The position numbers and the translations under genes were made by a program. From Marsupella aquatica (Eukaryota > Plantae > Marchantiophyta): a DNA stretch of 64,000 nucleotides. The stretch covers positions 21,267,619-21,331,618 of the forward strand of contig OZ316892.1 of the NCBI GenBank assembly GCA_973895155.1, read 5' to 3'. Positions 39,569 to 52,853 of the stretch are shown here, piece after piece (the first letter of the stretch is position 1; the number at the start of each line of letters is the position of its first letter). The notes below the pieces were generated by a model. It was given only the letters and a program-made list of their open reading frames with translations. It had not been told where the DNA came from and made no database searches.

Positions 39569-40423
39569 ATGGCAAGCAGATGGAGCTCCTGCTGGTCAAA
39601 TCTTCTGCAATTCATCGCGGATGAATTTTCTTACTCATCTGGTGTTGCGGAGAATGCTAAACCATCAGCTCTGCGCTTAAATCAGCTGCATCAACTTCTC
39701 TTGTCTCAAGAAGCTCATGAGTTTCAGACACCTCCTGAGACCGGAACACAGATGGAGCAACAACAAAGTCCAAACTGGTCTACTACAAGGCAGCCTGAAA
39801 TCAACTTAGTGTCAGGCAGAGATCAGGGAGCATGCCATGAGGGAAAACTACTTGCTGGTGATCAACATCGCCTCAGAGATGTTTCCTCTGAGAGAACACA
39901 GTCGGACACACCTTGCAAGTCAGCAGAAGAAGGGGAAAGCAGTATGGTCACCATACCAAAACGCAATGAAGCTGGCTATAATTGTGAAAATTAGACAGAA
40001 AGGGAGATGAAATTTATATTAGAACTCCTGTCCATGAAGAAAAATCTACTGGATAGCCAGCACGAATCGAGTAAACTTTCCCCAGAAATCGCTTCCTTGA
40101 GACTGGAACTGACCTTATACTTAAGTAGGGAAAAGGTAAATGTTCCAGACAGTCGTTTTGAGGATGATGTTTGGCAGCTAAAGCAGGTTCTGGAAGATGA
40201 ACCTACCAATAAGAAGGACTTAGCAGACAAGAACAAGTGCAAGATTTGCTATGACTCATGTCGAGATACCCTTATTCTTCCGTGTTTCCACTACCACTGC
40301 AGTGTTTGCCTACAAAAGGAGCGCCAGAAGAGGAAGGTGAGGAACCGGGCAGAGACGGGGTCGAGGAAGAGAAAATTTCGTTGCCCCTGTTGTAGAAGCT
40401 CAGTTAAAGCTCTGCCTTGCTGA
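39569..40423 (+). pseudogene. Intronless C3HC4 RING-finger protein gene with one in-frame stop
   Basis: Two ORFs in the same frame are separated by a single TAG at 39992-39994. A coiled-coil-like segment precedes CKICYDSCRDTLILPCFHYHCSVC...CPCCR. Confidence 0.75.
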
Positions 40424-40952
40424 AGGATACCAAATTGAAATTAAGTAAGCTTTGGTATCCAGTCTGCAAGGTTGACAGAGCAACAGGAATACCGGAACAT
40501 TATTGAGAGGCATCGAAGTCAAATCTATGTTAAAAGGATTCCCAACTGGGGTGGTACCTTTTTCTGTTCTGATAAATAGAGGAATAATTAGAACTATGTG
40601 AGGCTGAGTTGTGATAGCCAGATCTTGTGTATGGAGTTGTAAATCCCTGTGTCAAACTAGGAGTTTCCTAGTAGGTGTACCTAAACAAACTTACTTCAAC
40701 TTTTGAACCCAAGTGAATTTCTTGGTCCTGCTGGTTTTAGTTTAAGTATACTCCCCTTTTGAGGGAGCCCTACTATCTTCGTTGGCTTTAAGAGGTGCTT
40801 CAAGAATTGATTGTAAGGTACTGTTGAATAAATAATTATTCGATGAAGGCAAAAAGACCTTCTCCTCCTTTACCTAGAAGAAGGCTAGGGTACCACTACT
40901 TGAAAATGTCAGAGTTAATGCAAGTTTTTACAATAGGTGCTCCTCAATCCTT

Positions 40953-41251
40953 GGGGGCCTCAATCCAAGGGGTGTCCCATATCACGCTCAAAATTTGGGG
41001 CGAATAAACACCCTAAAAGTTAAGTGAATAAAGTTTTTTTTAGGAATTATTTTACCCCTAATTTAATAGAATATTCTAAGAATATTCATATATTTGATTT
41101 TAAAAACCCTATGATTCTTACAATTCTCAAAATTGGATTAAAATAACTCTAATGTTCTTCAACAAAAATTTAAAAGTATTTCACTAAACCCAATAAAAAA
41201 CCCTATACTTATTTGCGTGTGATGGGTCGGAAGAAAAGAAGTGAGGACCCC
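40953..41251 (+). mobile_element. AT-rich MITE-like repeat, copy 2
   Basis: Termini GGGGCCTCA ... GTGAGGACCCC; homologous to 37518-37810 and 47036-47321. Confidence 0.7.
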
Positions 41252-41590
41252 AGGCCTCAACCTGGGAGCAAAGCTTAAACTTATTCTTCATCCTTGATGT
41301 TTGAAATTGGAAAATTGAAGAACAACTGAGACTACTAATTCCTCCCCCGTGCCCCTAATTATGCCACATGCAGTAGCACCAATTTCCCATATGGGTTCCA
41401 TAATGCATGCAATATATATGTACAATTGAGGAAACTGGAAACTGTACATCTTCAGTTGGCAAGCAACAAGGGTGGTGTCTATTAGACGTACCACCATGTT
41501 CATCCTTTGTAAATAAACTATTATTAGACTCCTTCTAGCAAAGATTCTCTTTGGTCCCTTAAGTTTATAATTGACCATTTCGGTGTAGAG

Positions 41591-44500
41591 CAGCGTATTT
41601 TTAAAACTTGTGCGAAAATTTGCCAAATTCCACCTCCAGGTGGAGGCTTCGCCATATTCGGCGAACATTCGCCAGCAAATTTAGCGGCGATTCGCCGCTC
41701 TTCCACTTCCGGTGCACCGGGGTTCGCCAGAACATGCGTGGTAGGGCCAGCGGTGATCGCCACTTGGATCCACCACTCCCTGCCTGGCAATCGCCAGAAA
41801 ATTTAGGAGTCATTCAGGGAAAATCGCCACCGTTCCCACTTATCAGGGATGAACCTTCGCCAGCGATGTGCTTCGCAGGACTTAGGGTTAGGCAGGTTCG
41901 GGCAGGCACCTGGGGGTTGTGCATTGTCAAAGGATTTTGGTGTATTCTTTCATTTCTTGCCTCCTTTCCATCCCTCTCGGCGGGCCGTCAGGACAAGTTA
42001 TGTTGATACATTTTCTTTGTAGTTTTCCTGAAAATGTCAAGCCAATGTTGTCTTTCTTGCGTCTCCTTCTTTATGGCATGTTGGCTGGCGCGAGTTTGGA
42101 AATTGCGCGTGCTCTCGATAAGCTGACAGCCACCACTACCAGAGGCGGGAGTCTTGAATTTGTATGGCAGATGGCAGCGATGCGGGAGCACACATCTTGC
42201 TGCAACCATCCTCTATTTGAACAGGGGGTTTTCTTTCTTTCTCACAGTTTTTCATTGAATGTTTTGCTTTCAGAACTCCTGCTGCTAGCAACATCTTGTT
42301 GCTTCATCCAAGTTCTGATTTGGTCATTCTGTTTGTGAGAGACTGAGGCTTACGCAGTGCATTGTTTCAGTTTGATTTTTGCAATTTACATCAGCAACAT
42401 CTCGTTGCCATCTTCTGCTCCATCATGGCAATGACTAAGGCAAAGTTGAAGGCAGCACAACGTGCTGGCCTCCCAAATAACCTCATGGTGAAGTATTTTC
42501 TTATTAATCGACTTCAAGCCTTGCAATCCCAATGGCACCCCTGTCTTTCTTGGCTCAGGATCATCATCTGGTGCTGCGGGACCTGCAGAGGATGAGGTTG
42601 TCACTCATGTAGGAGAGCCCATTGGTGTCGGATCTGACGACTCTGCTGTGGTTGAAGAGTTGGGAGAGGAGGTGGTGAAGAAGAGAAAAAGAAGCTATGA
42701 GATGAAGAGGAACTTCCAACCGGGATGGGCGGCTATCCATCCTTGGGCTGAGGCTGCCACTCTTAACATGGAGGGGGAGGTTACTCAAGTGCATTGCACT
42801 ATTTGTACAAAGATTGAAGGGAGGGAGAAACTGTATGTTCCAAAGATTGATGGTCTTTGGAAGCATGCAGGGAGGAAACGTGCAAAATGCGCCATGGTGG
42901 TTCGGGGCCAAAAGGTTGCAAAGGGCGAGTTCTATTTCTCGGGCTCGACCCAGCACGAGAAGAATGAGAAGTTGTTGCTGCATCGTCCCCAGGACCCTGT
43001 CCATCAACAAATGCAGGTCGCAATGTGTGCTGAGAGGAGAAGAAAACTTGTGTAGTTTACTCTTCTTTTTATGTTGCTGACATTGGGTCGCCCGATGAAT
43101 GATTACGAAGTCATGGCGAAGCTGTTTCACCAGCTTAGAGTTCCTGATACTCCAACAACGCATTGGAGTGTGAATGCGGGTTGGGGCATGGCAGAGAGCA
43201 TTTTTCACATGGTGAAGCTCAAGACCAGGGAGACTTGTTTCTCTGCACGGTATCTCTCTGTCTCAGCTGATGAGGTAACTACTATCAACAATCAGTCTTG
43301 GCTTAGTGTCCATGTGTACCTCACAAAGAAATGGGAAAGGATTCCTTTCCTTCTTTCGTTAACAAAACTTGAATCTGGAGCTGATGCTGAAGCCATCACA
43401 GCCGTGGTGAAGGAGTCTCTCACTGGAGATTGTGGGAATCTGGCCGGGATGGAGTGAGGTGGCCACTAAGCTTGTTAGTTTTGGAGCTGATGGAGCTGCT
43501 GTCTTCCAAGGCCATCGAAGTGGTGTGTTGGCTCGGATGCATCGTGCTTATGCTCCCTTCATGACTGGCCTGCATTGTTGCGCTCACCGGACTAATATAT
43601 GTGTGGAGAAGTTGGATTCTTTGCCAGTGGTCGGGAAGATTGAGAATCTTGTAACCAATTTACATTCCTATTTTGCACATAGTCCGAACGCCAACTGGAG
43701 TTCAAACAGCTAGCAGAGGACCTGGAGACCGAGGGATTGAAGATCCAACGGAACCACAAGACCCGTTGGATATCATTGTTATCACCGTTGCAGAGTGTCT
43801 TGCGTGAATACAAGACACTAGTGGTACAAATGTCCTCTGATGTTGCCACTCTCATGACAGCAAAGTCTAATGCTGCTTTGCTCTTGGACCTTGAGACTTT
43901 CCTATCTTTGCCGTGTCTGTTGCCTTTGTTAAAGTCTGTGGATAATCTCATCCGGTTTGCACAGTCTCGTAATGTTATGATCCAAGACTACATATATCAA
44001 TGCAGTCAAAGTTTGTCAAGCTGAGCTTCATTGCTACTATGTGGATTTGATGACCTCATTCAGACCAGGTGTATTTGCTCCTTTTCAAGAGATTGTATCC
44101 AACCGGTCATACACTATAAGTCATGAGTGGATGACTGACTTGGAGACGAGTGTGGAATACCTTTCCTTTCGAATTGCAGATCACACGTATCCAACTCATT
44201 GGTTCGATGAAATACATGGCAAACAGTCTGTTGTGACACGACATGATTTTGATCATGTCGTGTATTCTGTGAAGAACCAATGCAAGGAGGCAGCACAGAA
44301 GCTCATAAAGCTTTTTGACACTTGGTTTCCTAACGTTGACCTCTTGAACGCCTTAGGAATAGTGCATCCACAGTATTGGGAGAGAGAGGATGCCGAGGAG
44401 AACTTTGTGTTCTACATGTCTATGATTCGGGAAGCTTTTTGTAAGCCCAAGTCAATGTCAAATGGAGGTGTTGCAGGAGACAAAACCATGGAGATTAGTC

Positions 44501-46365
44501 CAATTCTTGATTACAAAATGCTGGTGGAAGAGCAGAGCTACTTCAAGCTCACAATGGAAGGCAATGCTAGTAAGGTGATGGCAGAGCAGGAGTTCAACCC
44601 AGAGGTAATGAACCCCATGACACGGATGTGGAGGAGGTTGGGAACAAATCCTCTCATTCGAGCTTGGATGGGTGAATGGTTCAAACTTGCAGAAATCACT
44701 GTGGTCATAGTCACAGGGTCAGTTGAAGATGAGAGGATCTTCAGCACACTGTCTTTTGTTAAAAGCAAGCTACGGAATAGATTGGGGTGCCATTTGGATT
44801 GCACGGTACGAATGTTTTCTCAACAATTTTACAGTCTACTAGACTTTCCACTCCAAGATGCAATTACTCATTGGTTAGATGCAGAGAGGCGTGGAGTCAC
44901 TGGTTAGGTGAGTTTAGGAATGTTATTATTGTGTAAATAGATTTGGAATGTGGGATTGCAACAACGATGGATTGAGTGTGATTGGATTTAGAGTATAGAG
45001 CCATAGAGGGGTTAAAATTAGCGGGAATAGGCTAGGGGGTAGGGACTTCGGCTTCTGGAAGGACTGTGAATTTCCACAGTTTGGGGTTCCACACCCCACC
45101 GTTGCGTGTTTAATTGCAAAGGACGACAACGACTAGTCGCAGCATACAAACAGAAGTACCACTTAACGTGAGTGCGACTAGACTAGTTGCGTGCCAGATT
45201 TCAGAAGCACATGTTGTTTGCCCCTCCATCCCCGCCTCCAGCTCCATACAGTATTTAAGCTTTGCTTCAGGTCATGTAATGTCACTTGCAAGAGTTTTGG
45301 CAGTGTACAGGAAGTGAGGAACCCCAGGAATTTGCAAGAGCATCGCAGCAATGGCAAGGCCCAAGTGCTGCATGAGCAGGCGACCTCAGCCAAGCCCCGA
45401 GGCCGATTCGGTGGATGATGTTAAGGAGGAGCCGGAAGTGAGGAGGAGTGAGGAGGAGCCCTCATAGACGACCACACAGAACACGACTCGGGCCTGTGTA
45501 CTTCCGCCATTGAAGCCTGTGTGGAAGGTTAGACCTACTCGGCAGACGAGGAGACAGCCAAGCCCGGACGCAGCATCGAGTGTTGTTGTGATGGCAGATT
45601 GCGAACTTCTTCCGAAGGAGGAGGCAGGAGAGTTAAGTAGGGAGGAGCCCCATCATCAGACCGAGCACATGATGACTCGGGCTTGGGTACTCCCATGGCT
45701 GAAGGCAAGACCAAAGTTTCGAGCCACTGCAGAGATGATGAGGCAGAGGAGAATGGGCCGATAGATAGAGGGCGAAGAAAACAGGCCAATGCGGCCACTA
45801 GCACAATTAGGATTTAGTCTGAATGGAAGCAATCAAGCAAGCTTCCAAGATGAGGCTAATCGTAGCTTATTACAACATTTTGTAGGACTCGACAAGAGCT
45901 TGACGATGGGCCGCAGAAGCCCTGTTTTGTACACATTTTGACAGGCCAATGTGGTGTCTGATCTTATGAATCCAATTTTCCGATTCGGCATTTCCCACAT
46001 CAATTTCTGTGGATTTCAGTGTGCTGCTATGGATCTTATGAATGTTTCGAACCTTTTTGGTTGGAATGTGCTTTTGAGTTCCAATGTCCTGAATGCATTC
46101 GCCATCTCCCGCTACTCGCAGCAATGTGCATTAGCCATGTCGATTACACACAATCTGATTCGCCAGTTTTGTCGACTGTGCTGGACCCGATTCGCCAGTT
46201 ACCACGTTCAGGAAAATATTCATTCACCAGTGGGTTAACCACGTCGGGAACCTGGTTCGCCAGTTAAACCTACTGCCCGTCGCACCCAGTAGCCACCTCC
46301 CCTACTTGAACACTTATGACACTCGCCAGTCTGGCAAAAATTCAAAAACCTTAAAAAATACGTTG
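41591..46365 (+). mobile_element. Full-length hAT DNA transposon (4775 bp), decayed
   Basis: TIRs CAGCGTATTTTTAA / TTAAAAAATACGTTG; perfect 8-bp TSD GTGTAGAG at 41583-41590 and 46366-46373; subterminal TCGCCA motifs at both ends. Confidence 0.95.
42425..44907 (+). pseudogene. hAT transposase (ZNF862/TTF-zinc-finger-like), disrupted
   Basis: KRNFQPGW..HPW..VHCTIC zinc finger, SADEVT, FGADGAAVFQG, HCCAHR (CxxH), TRWIS, and GSVEDERIFS..KSKLRNRL dimerisation domain. In-frame TAG at 43053-43055 and frameshifts near 42510, 43450, 43690 and 43990. Confidence 0.92.
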
Positions 46366-46719
46366 GTGTAGAGCATTATAATATACGAGCCCTATGCCCA
46401 CGTTCATTGTGCAAGGAGGGCCAACCCATAGGGATTGTGCTGGGGAATTCATGGGGAAGCACATATGTGCTAGGGGTGCACATTTCTTCCATCAATGGTC
46501 AGGGAAAATAACTAATCAAATCAGACGGCCTTGGATCTTCCCACCCAAGAGCTTTTTTGTATTAAGACAAAGGACAACAAAGGTGGGATCCCTTATTATA
46601 GTTATAGATAGTGCACATTTTGGACTTAAATAATGTGTATTTAGAAATCAAAAGTGAACATTTAGAGGCCTAAAAGTGAACAAAATAAAATATGATTTTA
46701 ATGAACAGAGTGATAACTA

Positions 46720-48350
46720 TATAATGGATTTTTTCATATAGGGATCTACACCAAAACTAGTCAATTTTTGGAGGATTTTGATTAAAGTTTTCCAAATCCT
46801 TTAATAAGAATTACAACTAAGTTTAGAAATTGTTTTTAATCTTATGTGGAAAAGAAGAAAACCAAAATTTACATATGTCTCATAACATGGCTAATGAATG
46901 TGGGAACCCAACTTTTTCAAGTTTTAATTTTTCTGATATATAGCTAACATTTTAGTCCATTTCAAAATGTAGACCCTTGCCTATTGAACAATAGTTGCGT
47001 AACCAGGGAGTTGTGTACCCAGGGGAAAAGCTTGTGGGCCTCACTCTAAAGGGGATCTCATAACACGCTTGACATTTTCAGATATTATACACTATTTTTT
47101 TTAAATAAGTGTTTAAAACCTTTTTTCCCTGATTTTGTTAGAATATTCCAAACATATTCCCAAGATTCATTCTAAAACCTTATATTTTATTAAAATTATT
47201 AAAATTGGATTTTAAAACCTTATGTTATTCTACAAAAATTAAAAAGTATTCTTCTCAACCCAATAAACAAACCCTATATTTACTTTTGCATGATGGGTAA
47301 AAATGAAATAAGTGAGGACCCGGGGGGCGGGGGGGGGGGGGGGGCAAGGTCAGATACCCATTAGCTTTTGAGTTTTTGAACCAAGTAACAAAATTTGAGG
47401 CTTCTCCAATACAAAACAATGCAACAATTTAAAGTCATTTAAACCACTACCCACCCATCTTTGAAAGAAAGGAAGGTCAAGGCCTTGGAAAATGATAATA
47501 CAATCCAATAGCTTCTTACTCCAAAACTTATAAAATTCAAATTCCCAGGTATTTCCCCATTTTTTATTGTATGCTGGAGCCAAGCAAGTCTATAAGGCTT
47601 TCTATTTATGTGAACCCTACCTACAAGATACCCAGGTACGCAACTCCTCTATGATAGGCAAGGGTCTACATTTTCTTATGGATTAGAAATTAAGTTGGCT
47701 ATAAGTAAAATCATAATTTGAAAAAACTTGGGTTTCCACTTTTAAAAGTTTGAAGATCACCTGGGTATGCAACTCCACTTTTTACAAGGCAAGTTTATAA
47801 TTCCTTATAATGACTTTATATCCAATTCACCATGTGAAGTTTCATTTTAGTCTACTAAAATTTTGGTGCTCTCAATGCAAGGAATCCAACGACATAACTG
47901 TAAAACAAAATTGAACTTGTTTTGATATGAATTTTTTTGATCAAACCGGCCAAACTAGCCAGCTTTCGGGATTTTTATTAGAATTCTAAAAATATTTTAA
48001 TATAAATTACAACAAGTTTAGGAATAGTTTTAATTTTATGCAAAAAAAAGAAAAAAACTTTTATAAGACTTAGGATTTTCCACTTTGATTATTTTAAGGT
48101 CATGAAAAGGTTTGGTGTACGTTCTTCTTTTTCCACATGAAATTAAAACATGTATATTCCTGAACATGTCGTAGTTTTTTATGAAAATATTTGTAGAAAT
48201 TAATTAAAATCCTAAAAGCTGGCTAGTTTGGTTGTAGACCTCTATATAAAACAAAGACCACCAAATTTGGTCTTGATCAAATGAATGTTTTTTACATCAT
48301 AACATGTTAAGTTTTTTTTTAGAGGTACATTTTTGGATTCCCTGAGTTGA
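46720..48350. repeat. Nest of AT-rich MITE fragments from at least three families
   Basis: Pieces homologous to the GGGTATGCAACTC-terminated family (46720-47003, 47631-47750, 47760-48350), a GGGCCTCA-family copy at 47036-47321, and a segment at 47340-47480 matching 58905-59045. Confidence 0.7.
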
Positions 48351-48535
48351 CTCCTTAGGACAGGTTTGGCTCCATTAGAACATACCTTTGTTGAAGAAAT
48401 TTCATCACAAACGGCATGTGCTTTTGGTAAGTAGATCTAGAGGTATGACTGCCAATATGATGACTGTTTTCTTAACTTGCATCAAGCTTCCAGGTACTTC
48501 GAAGTCCAGTTTATCTCATGGACCCTCAAGACATC

Positions 48536-49680
48536 ATGCCATCTCTATCGGAAGAACTTCTTCCAGGGATACCCAATTAATGATGTAGCGTTGATGGAGA
48601 TTGCGACCAAATTACCAAGTGTCTTCACTTAGTCATAGTTGGCAGCAAATGATTAAAAGCCAACTTGTGTACAATGCCAGAGTTTGTTGCCATTCACTAG
48701 AAACTTCTATAATACTCAGGATTGGCACTAGTTTCTCTCAAAAACACGATGGGATTTATCTTTATTCCCTAAGTGACGAGAGTCTGTGTCAACTTTCTCA
48801 ATCCAACTTTCTCAAGTTCCAGGTGTTGTATTCGGGGCTGTACTGAGGTCCTCCAAGTTCATGGCTCTGGACGGTAAACTATATGCCTTGGGAGGGATGA
48901 GCACAATAATCGGAGCTACCATAGCATGCACGTGTTGGATCTGGGAGCTGGGGATATGCACTGGAAGGAGTGTGCAGCTATGCTACAACCAAAAATCTCC
49001 TTCCAATGTGGTATTATGGATGAAAAGTTGTATGTATTCGGTGGTACTTCCCCTGAGGATCCGACTTCTTCGTGTACTTGTGCATTAGAGTTGTATGATC
49101 CAAACTGGATGCCTGGTCTCCAATAAAGCCAATGGTATATGAACAACTCCCCATCGAGTTAGACATATGGGCGAGGAACTCTTGTGGCCTGTCGAAATGG
49201 ACTGGCATCATCATGGCAGATTTATCATCCACTCAAGGATGAGTGGAGAGTGGTGAAACCAAGGATGGATCTGCCTGACAGATTTTCAAATATTGAAAGC
49301 GTTTTCATGATGCAAGGAAAGTTCTATTCAGCCGACTCTGATGGATTCCGGGTTTACAACAGCGACAACCAATCATGGGATCATTGGTCGTCCATAGCAT
49401 ATGATGGATTGGGACTCAACAACTCGGTCAAGCTTGATCCAGATTCAATTGTAACGTACAGTTAATAATGAACTGTTTGCAATGGTGCGGTGGAAGAGGC
49501 CGAGACATTGTCCGAACCAAAGGATGGTATGTCCTTCAAAGCAGCGGATTCAGTAGCAACAACAGACCAGTTGTGTGGTTGATTAGTGGGTGCGCGCGTG
49601 CCCTAGGGCATATGGTAGTTTATTGTCAAATTACTTTAATCCTCTACAATTGCTGTGTCCTATTGAGCTTTGAACAGAAT
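48536..49680 (+). pseudogene. F-box/kelch-repeat protein pseudogene
   Basis: MPSLSEELLPGIPN/DVALMEIATKLP..SHSWQQMIKSQLVYNAR (F-box), followed by kelch motifs DGKLYALGG, WKECAAM..PK..FQCGIMDEKLYVFGG..ELYDP and IYHPLKDEWR. Several frameshifts and stops. Confidence 0.85.
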
Positions 49681-51169
49681 CATGGAGCCGATTCCTGAAA
49701 TAAATTTTGTTGACCTATTGCACTAGTTCCCTTAATTTTCTATATAAAATATGTATGATTTTTTCTTGTGGTTAGAGGATCCAAATGTGATCATATGAAT
49801 ATGACATTATCTTTCCCAAAAAGGAGCTAGAACCTTCCCTCCCCTTATGTAAGTTTAAGATCTCCATCCTAAGTTTAGTGTGTATGCTAAGAGTAGGTAG
49901 CATAAGATTCTTCTGAGCAATGTCTGGACTGATTAATTTCGATCTTCTTCAAAGCTAGCTCTTGTGAGGTTTTAATAATCAGCTGCGGTTTTGAGATGTG
50001 TGATCAATCACTTCCCAACATAGAGGTGTTGATGGTATATGCAGAGATACTGCAGTAAGTTCTTTCCATTAATTATTTCAATGGCTTTTGATTGACAACA
50101 TACAATACTTTCAAAAACTTGCAGTCCGATGAAACTCTCAGCTATAACCTAATATTCCACCACAATCAAAACGGAAAACAGCTGATTGAAATTTAGATTA
50201 CAGATTTGTTTATTTTTAAAGTATAAAATAGTTTCGAAATAACCAAATTAAACAAACCCTTTCGTTAAGTCTCTATTTTGTCCTTGCAGAGGATTGAGGT
50301 ACATTAGTATTGGAGTCAGGAGACTCTGATTGTGCCAAACTTACTGTCATGCAACTTCAACAGTTAGAGCATATTGATCTCAATCAATCATGGGCTTGAC
50401 TCTATAAACGCTGGTCCCTGGTCCCATATTCTTGGTCTTCTCTCAGCCCATGGGTCTCTTTGCAAGAGGTGTCTTTTGGGCTGGGTTCCAGGATATCATG
50501 CTCATCCTATATATTCACCTTGACCAGATTAATTTCTGCGGGTGGGTACCCGTACTTTGCACACAAAACATTTAGGTGAGGCAAGGGGAATTTGTGGAGG
50601 CAAGGAAGTAGTTGATGCTAGCAAATGTCCATGCATTTGGCATTATTTAAGTTTTGCTGAGATAGTATCTTCAACAGCTCCATTCTTCTCCAGGCAATGC
50701 TGTTGACCCATTGAGACTGCATGTACGTATCAAGATTGGAATTACATTTGAGCTCCCATCCGCTTATCGGGTAAATTATAGCATATATAATAAGTGTATA
50801 TGGTCTCTTCATTATCATGGCAATTCAAATACAATTCATTGTCTAATAATGCAATGTTAAGTACTCATGAGACCGACCTCACTGCAATGGTCAAATGTAA
50901 AGTCTTTAGATATTGCATCATGAGCCTCACTCACAACTTGTGATGCACTTATTCTAAATTTCTAGATGGACTAATACAATGTGATTCACTTATACAATTT
51001 AGAGACTAATCCTTATAAAGTTGTCCTCGGAAAATAAATCTGCACTATCTGTTCAAGATCTTCACGGAATATGTGAAGTACTGGCAATTGGTGTTGTTCC
51101 CTCCCTTCAATAATGAATGTCCGTAGCGAGATTCGAAAGTCTCGATGAAGCCATCTTCTAGACCCGGCC

Positions 51170-52853
51170 CTAAGCCATCATCTGGACCCATGTTGCTTTG
51201 CTGGGGATTCCGTCGTGGACGAGGAAGAGCATGTAGTAAGCGGCAGGTGCAATGATTACGCTTGGAGGCGCTATTCCAGAGATAGTATACGAATCGCCTC
51301 CAAGAGATACTGGACGTCCAGTGATGGCAAGAACTAGCTGCCGTTGCCCCGGCCTGACTGAAGGCGTGTGTTGTGAAGGGTGCACTGTTCATAACGAGAG
51401 TCACTGTTCCCACTGGAGCCGTGGCGATGGTGAAGTTAAGCGCGAACGCAGTACCATACTTTAGAGTGGCTGGGGCGGATGTAATGCTTGGCCTAGAGGC
51501 ATCATTGGACGAATCCAAGTATGGTGGTGAGAATGCCTCCACTCGAAGCTCTGTGGGAAATGGTCCCGTGAAAGTGTAGAAATGATGGGTGTTGCTGCCA
51601 GCGATAAGAATGCGACCATCGGGAAGAAGATTTGCTGTGGAATGGTACATGCGAGGAATTGTGGTTGGACTCCAAGTGGTGAAACGGGACCCGGCAGTTG
51701 CATTGGGGTTGTAGTTCACCGGACTCAAGCATGGATTGGTCGCGTCACCCCAGCCCTCAGAACCATTTTGTGCCCCGTTTACTATTAATAAAGTCTGATC
51801 GGGAAGCAGGACCATGTCACCCATCGTGCGTGGTGTTGGCATGGTCTCCATAGACCAAGTCGGGGTTGGGTCCGTGGCAACAATACGGCCGCAGGAGTCA
51901 GTGGCTGGATACTGAGCACTCGGGTTCATGAACGCTCCCAGCTGGGCACCACCGCAAACTAGAATCTCAGCTCTCGCATATCCATCCGTGGATCGAAGGG
52001 CCAACATGACAGAGCTCCCCGCAGAAGGGTAGTTGCGAGGACCTCCTGGAAGCGGAGGAAAATTGGATATAGTTTTGGCCGTTGTGTAGTCGTAAAGGAT
52101 GGACAGGTTGTTTGCGAATATGAAAAGATTGCCATTGGGGAGGAGATGCACGTACGGGTACAGATTGTCGTTCTCATGGTCGCTGGTGACTACCAGTAAA
52201 TCAAGAATTGTGGAGTTCGATCCAGCCGGAGGTACGAACTCAACATAGGGAGTCGCACGGCCACCCACCACAATCAGTCGCCCATCAGGCAAGAGCTGGT
52301 TAGTTGAATACCATCGAGGCTGCTGTAGGGATGTAGTTTCGTCCTCCACCCAATCACAGGTTCCATCTGATTCGGGACATGGAGTGAAGCGCCGTATCTT
52401 CGTCAGCCCGTCGAAGTCCCCTCCCGTCTGCACTAGCACTCCACTGGCATCGAACTGACCGGACGAGCACCAAGTATCTGTTGATATGAAGAGAGGGTGA
52501 ACGAGATTGGTATCAGGGTAGAATTCCACCGAATGCGCAGTGCAGTCGTGTTTCAATATGAGGTCGTTTGGATCGTCTCGGCACTTTCCATTGGGCAGAC
52601 TTATGTTTGATGGGCCTATGTCAGTTCTGTCCAGAAAAATGGCCGTGCCAAAATGTGTGATTGCGGTATGCATCGACGCGATTCCTACGTTCTCAGATAA
52701 AAGAGACCAATTGCCCTGCGCGCTCACTCGCGGCAGCATTACAGCGTCCCTCCATAACTGCAACAACACAATGCACACCAAGGCCGCTGCTCATCTATTC
52801 CATCTAACAAGAAGGCTGCCCTTCATCTGCGACTCCGACCAACTGCCCATCAT
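51170..52853 (-). pseudogene. Glyoxal/aldehyde oxidase (GLOX, AA5_1 copper radical oxidase), intronless, two lesions
   Basis: GIASMH, TDTWCSSG, RWYSTNQ, NLYPYVHLLP, RNYPSAGSS, PRMYHS and THAFSQ motifs. In-frame TGA at 52793-52791 after the ATG at 52853. A 4-bp insertion near 51352 shifts the normal GQRQLVL...APAAYYMLFLVHDGIPS tail into another frame. Confidence 0.88.

Noticed and set aside
39992-40000. Programmed stop-codon readthrough in the RING gene
   Set aside because: The context TAG-ACA-GAA does not match the known UAG-CAR-YYA leaky motif; a nonsense mutation is simpler
47322-47344. Poly-G tract as a G-quadruplex or regulatory signal
   Set aside because: Lies at a junction of nested MITEs; homopolymer length is unreliable and there is no functional context
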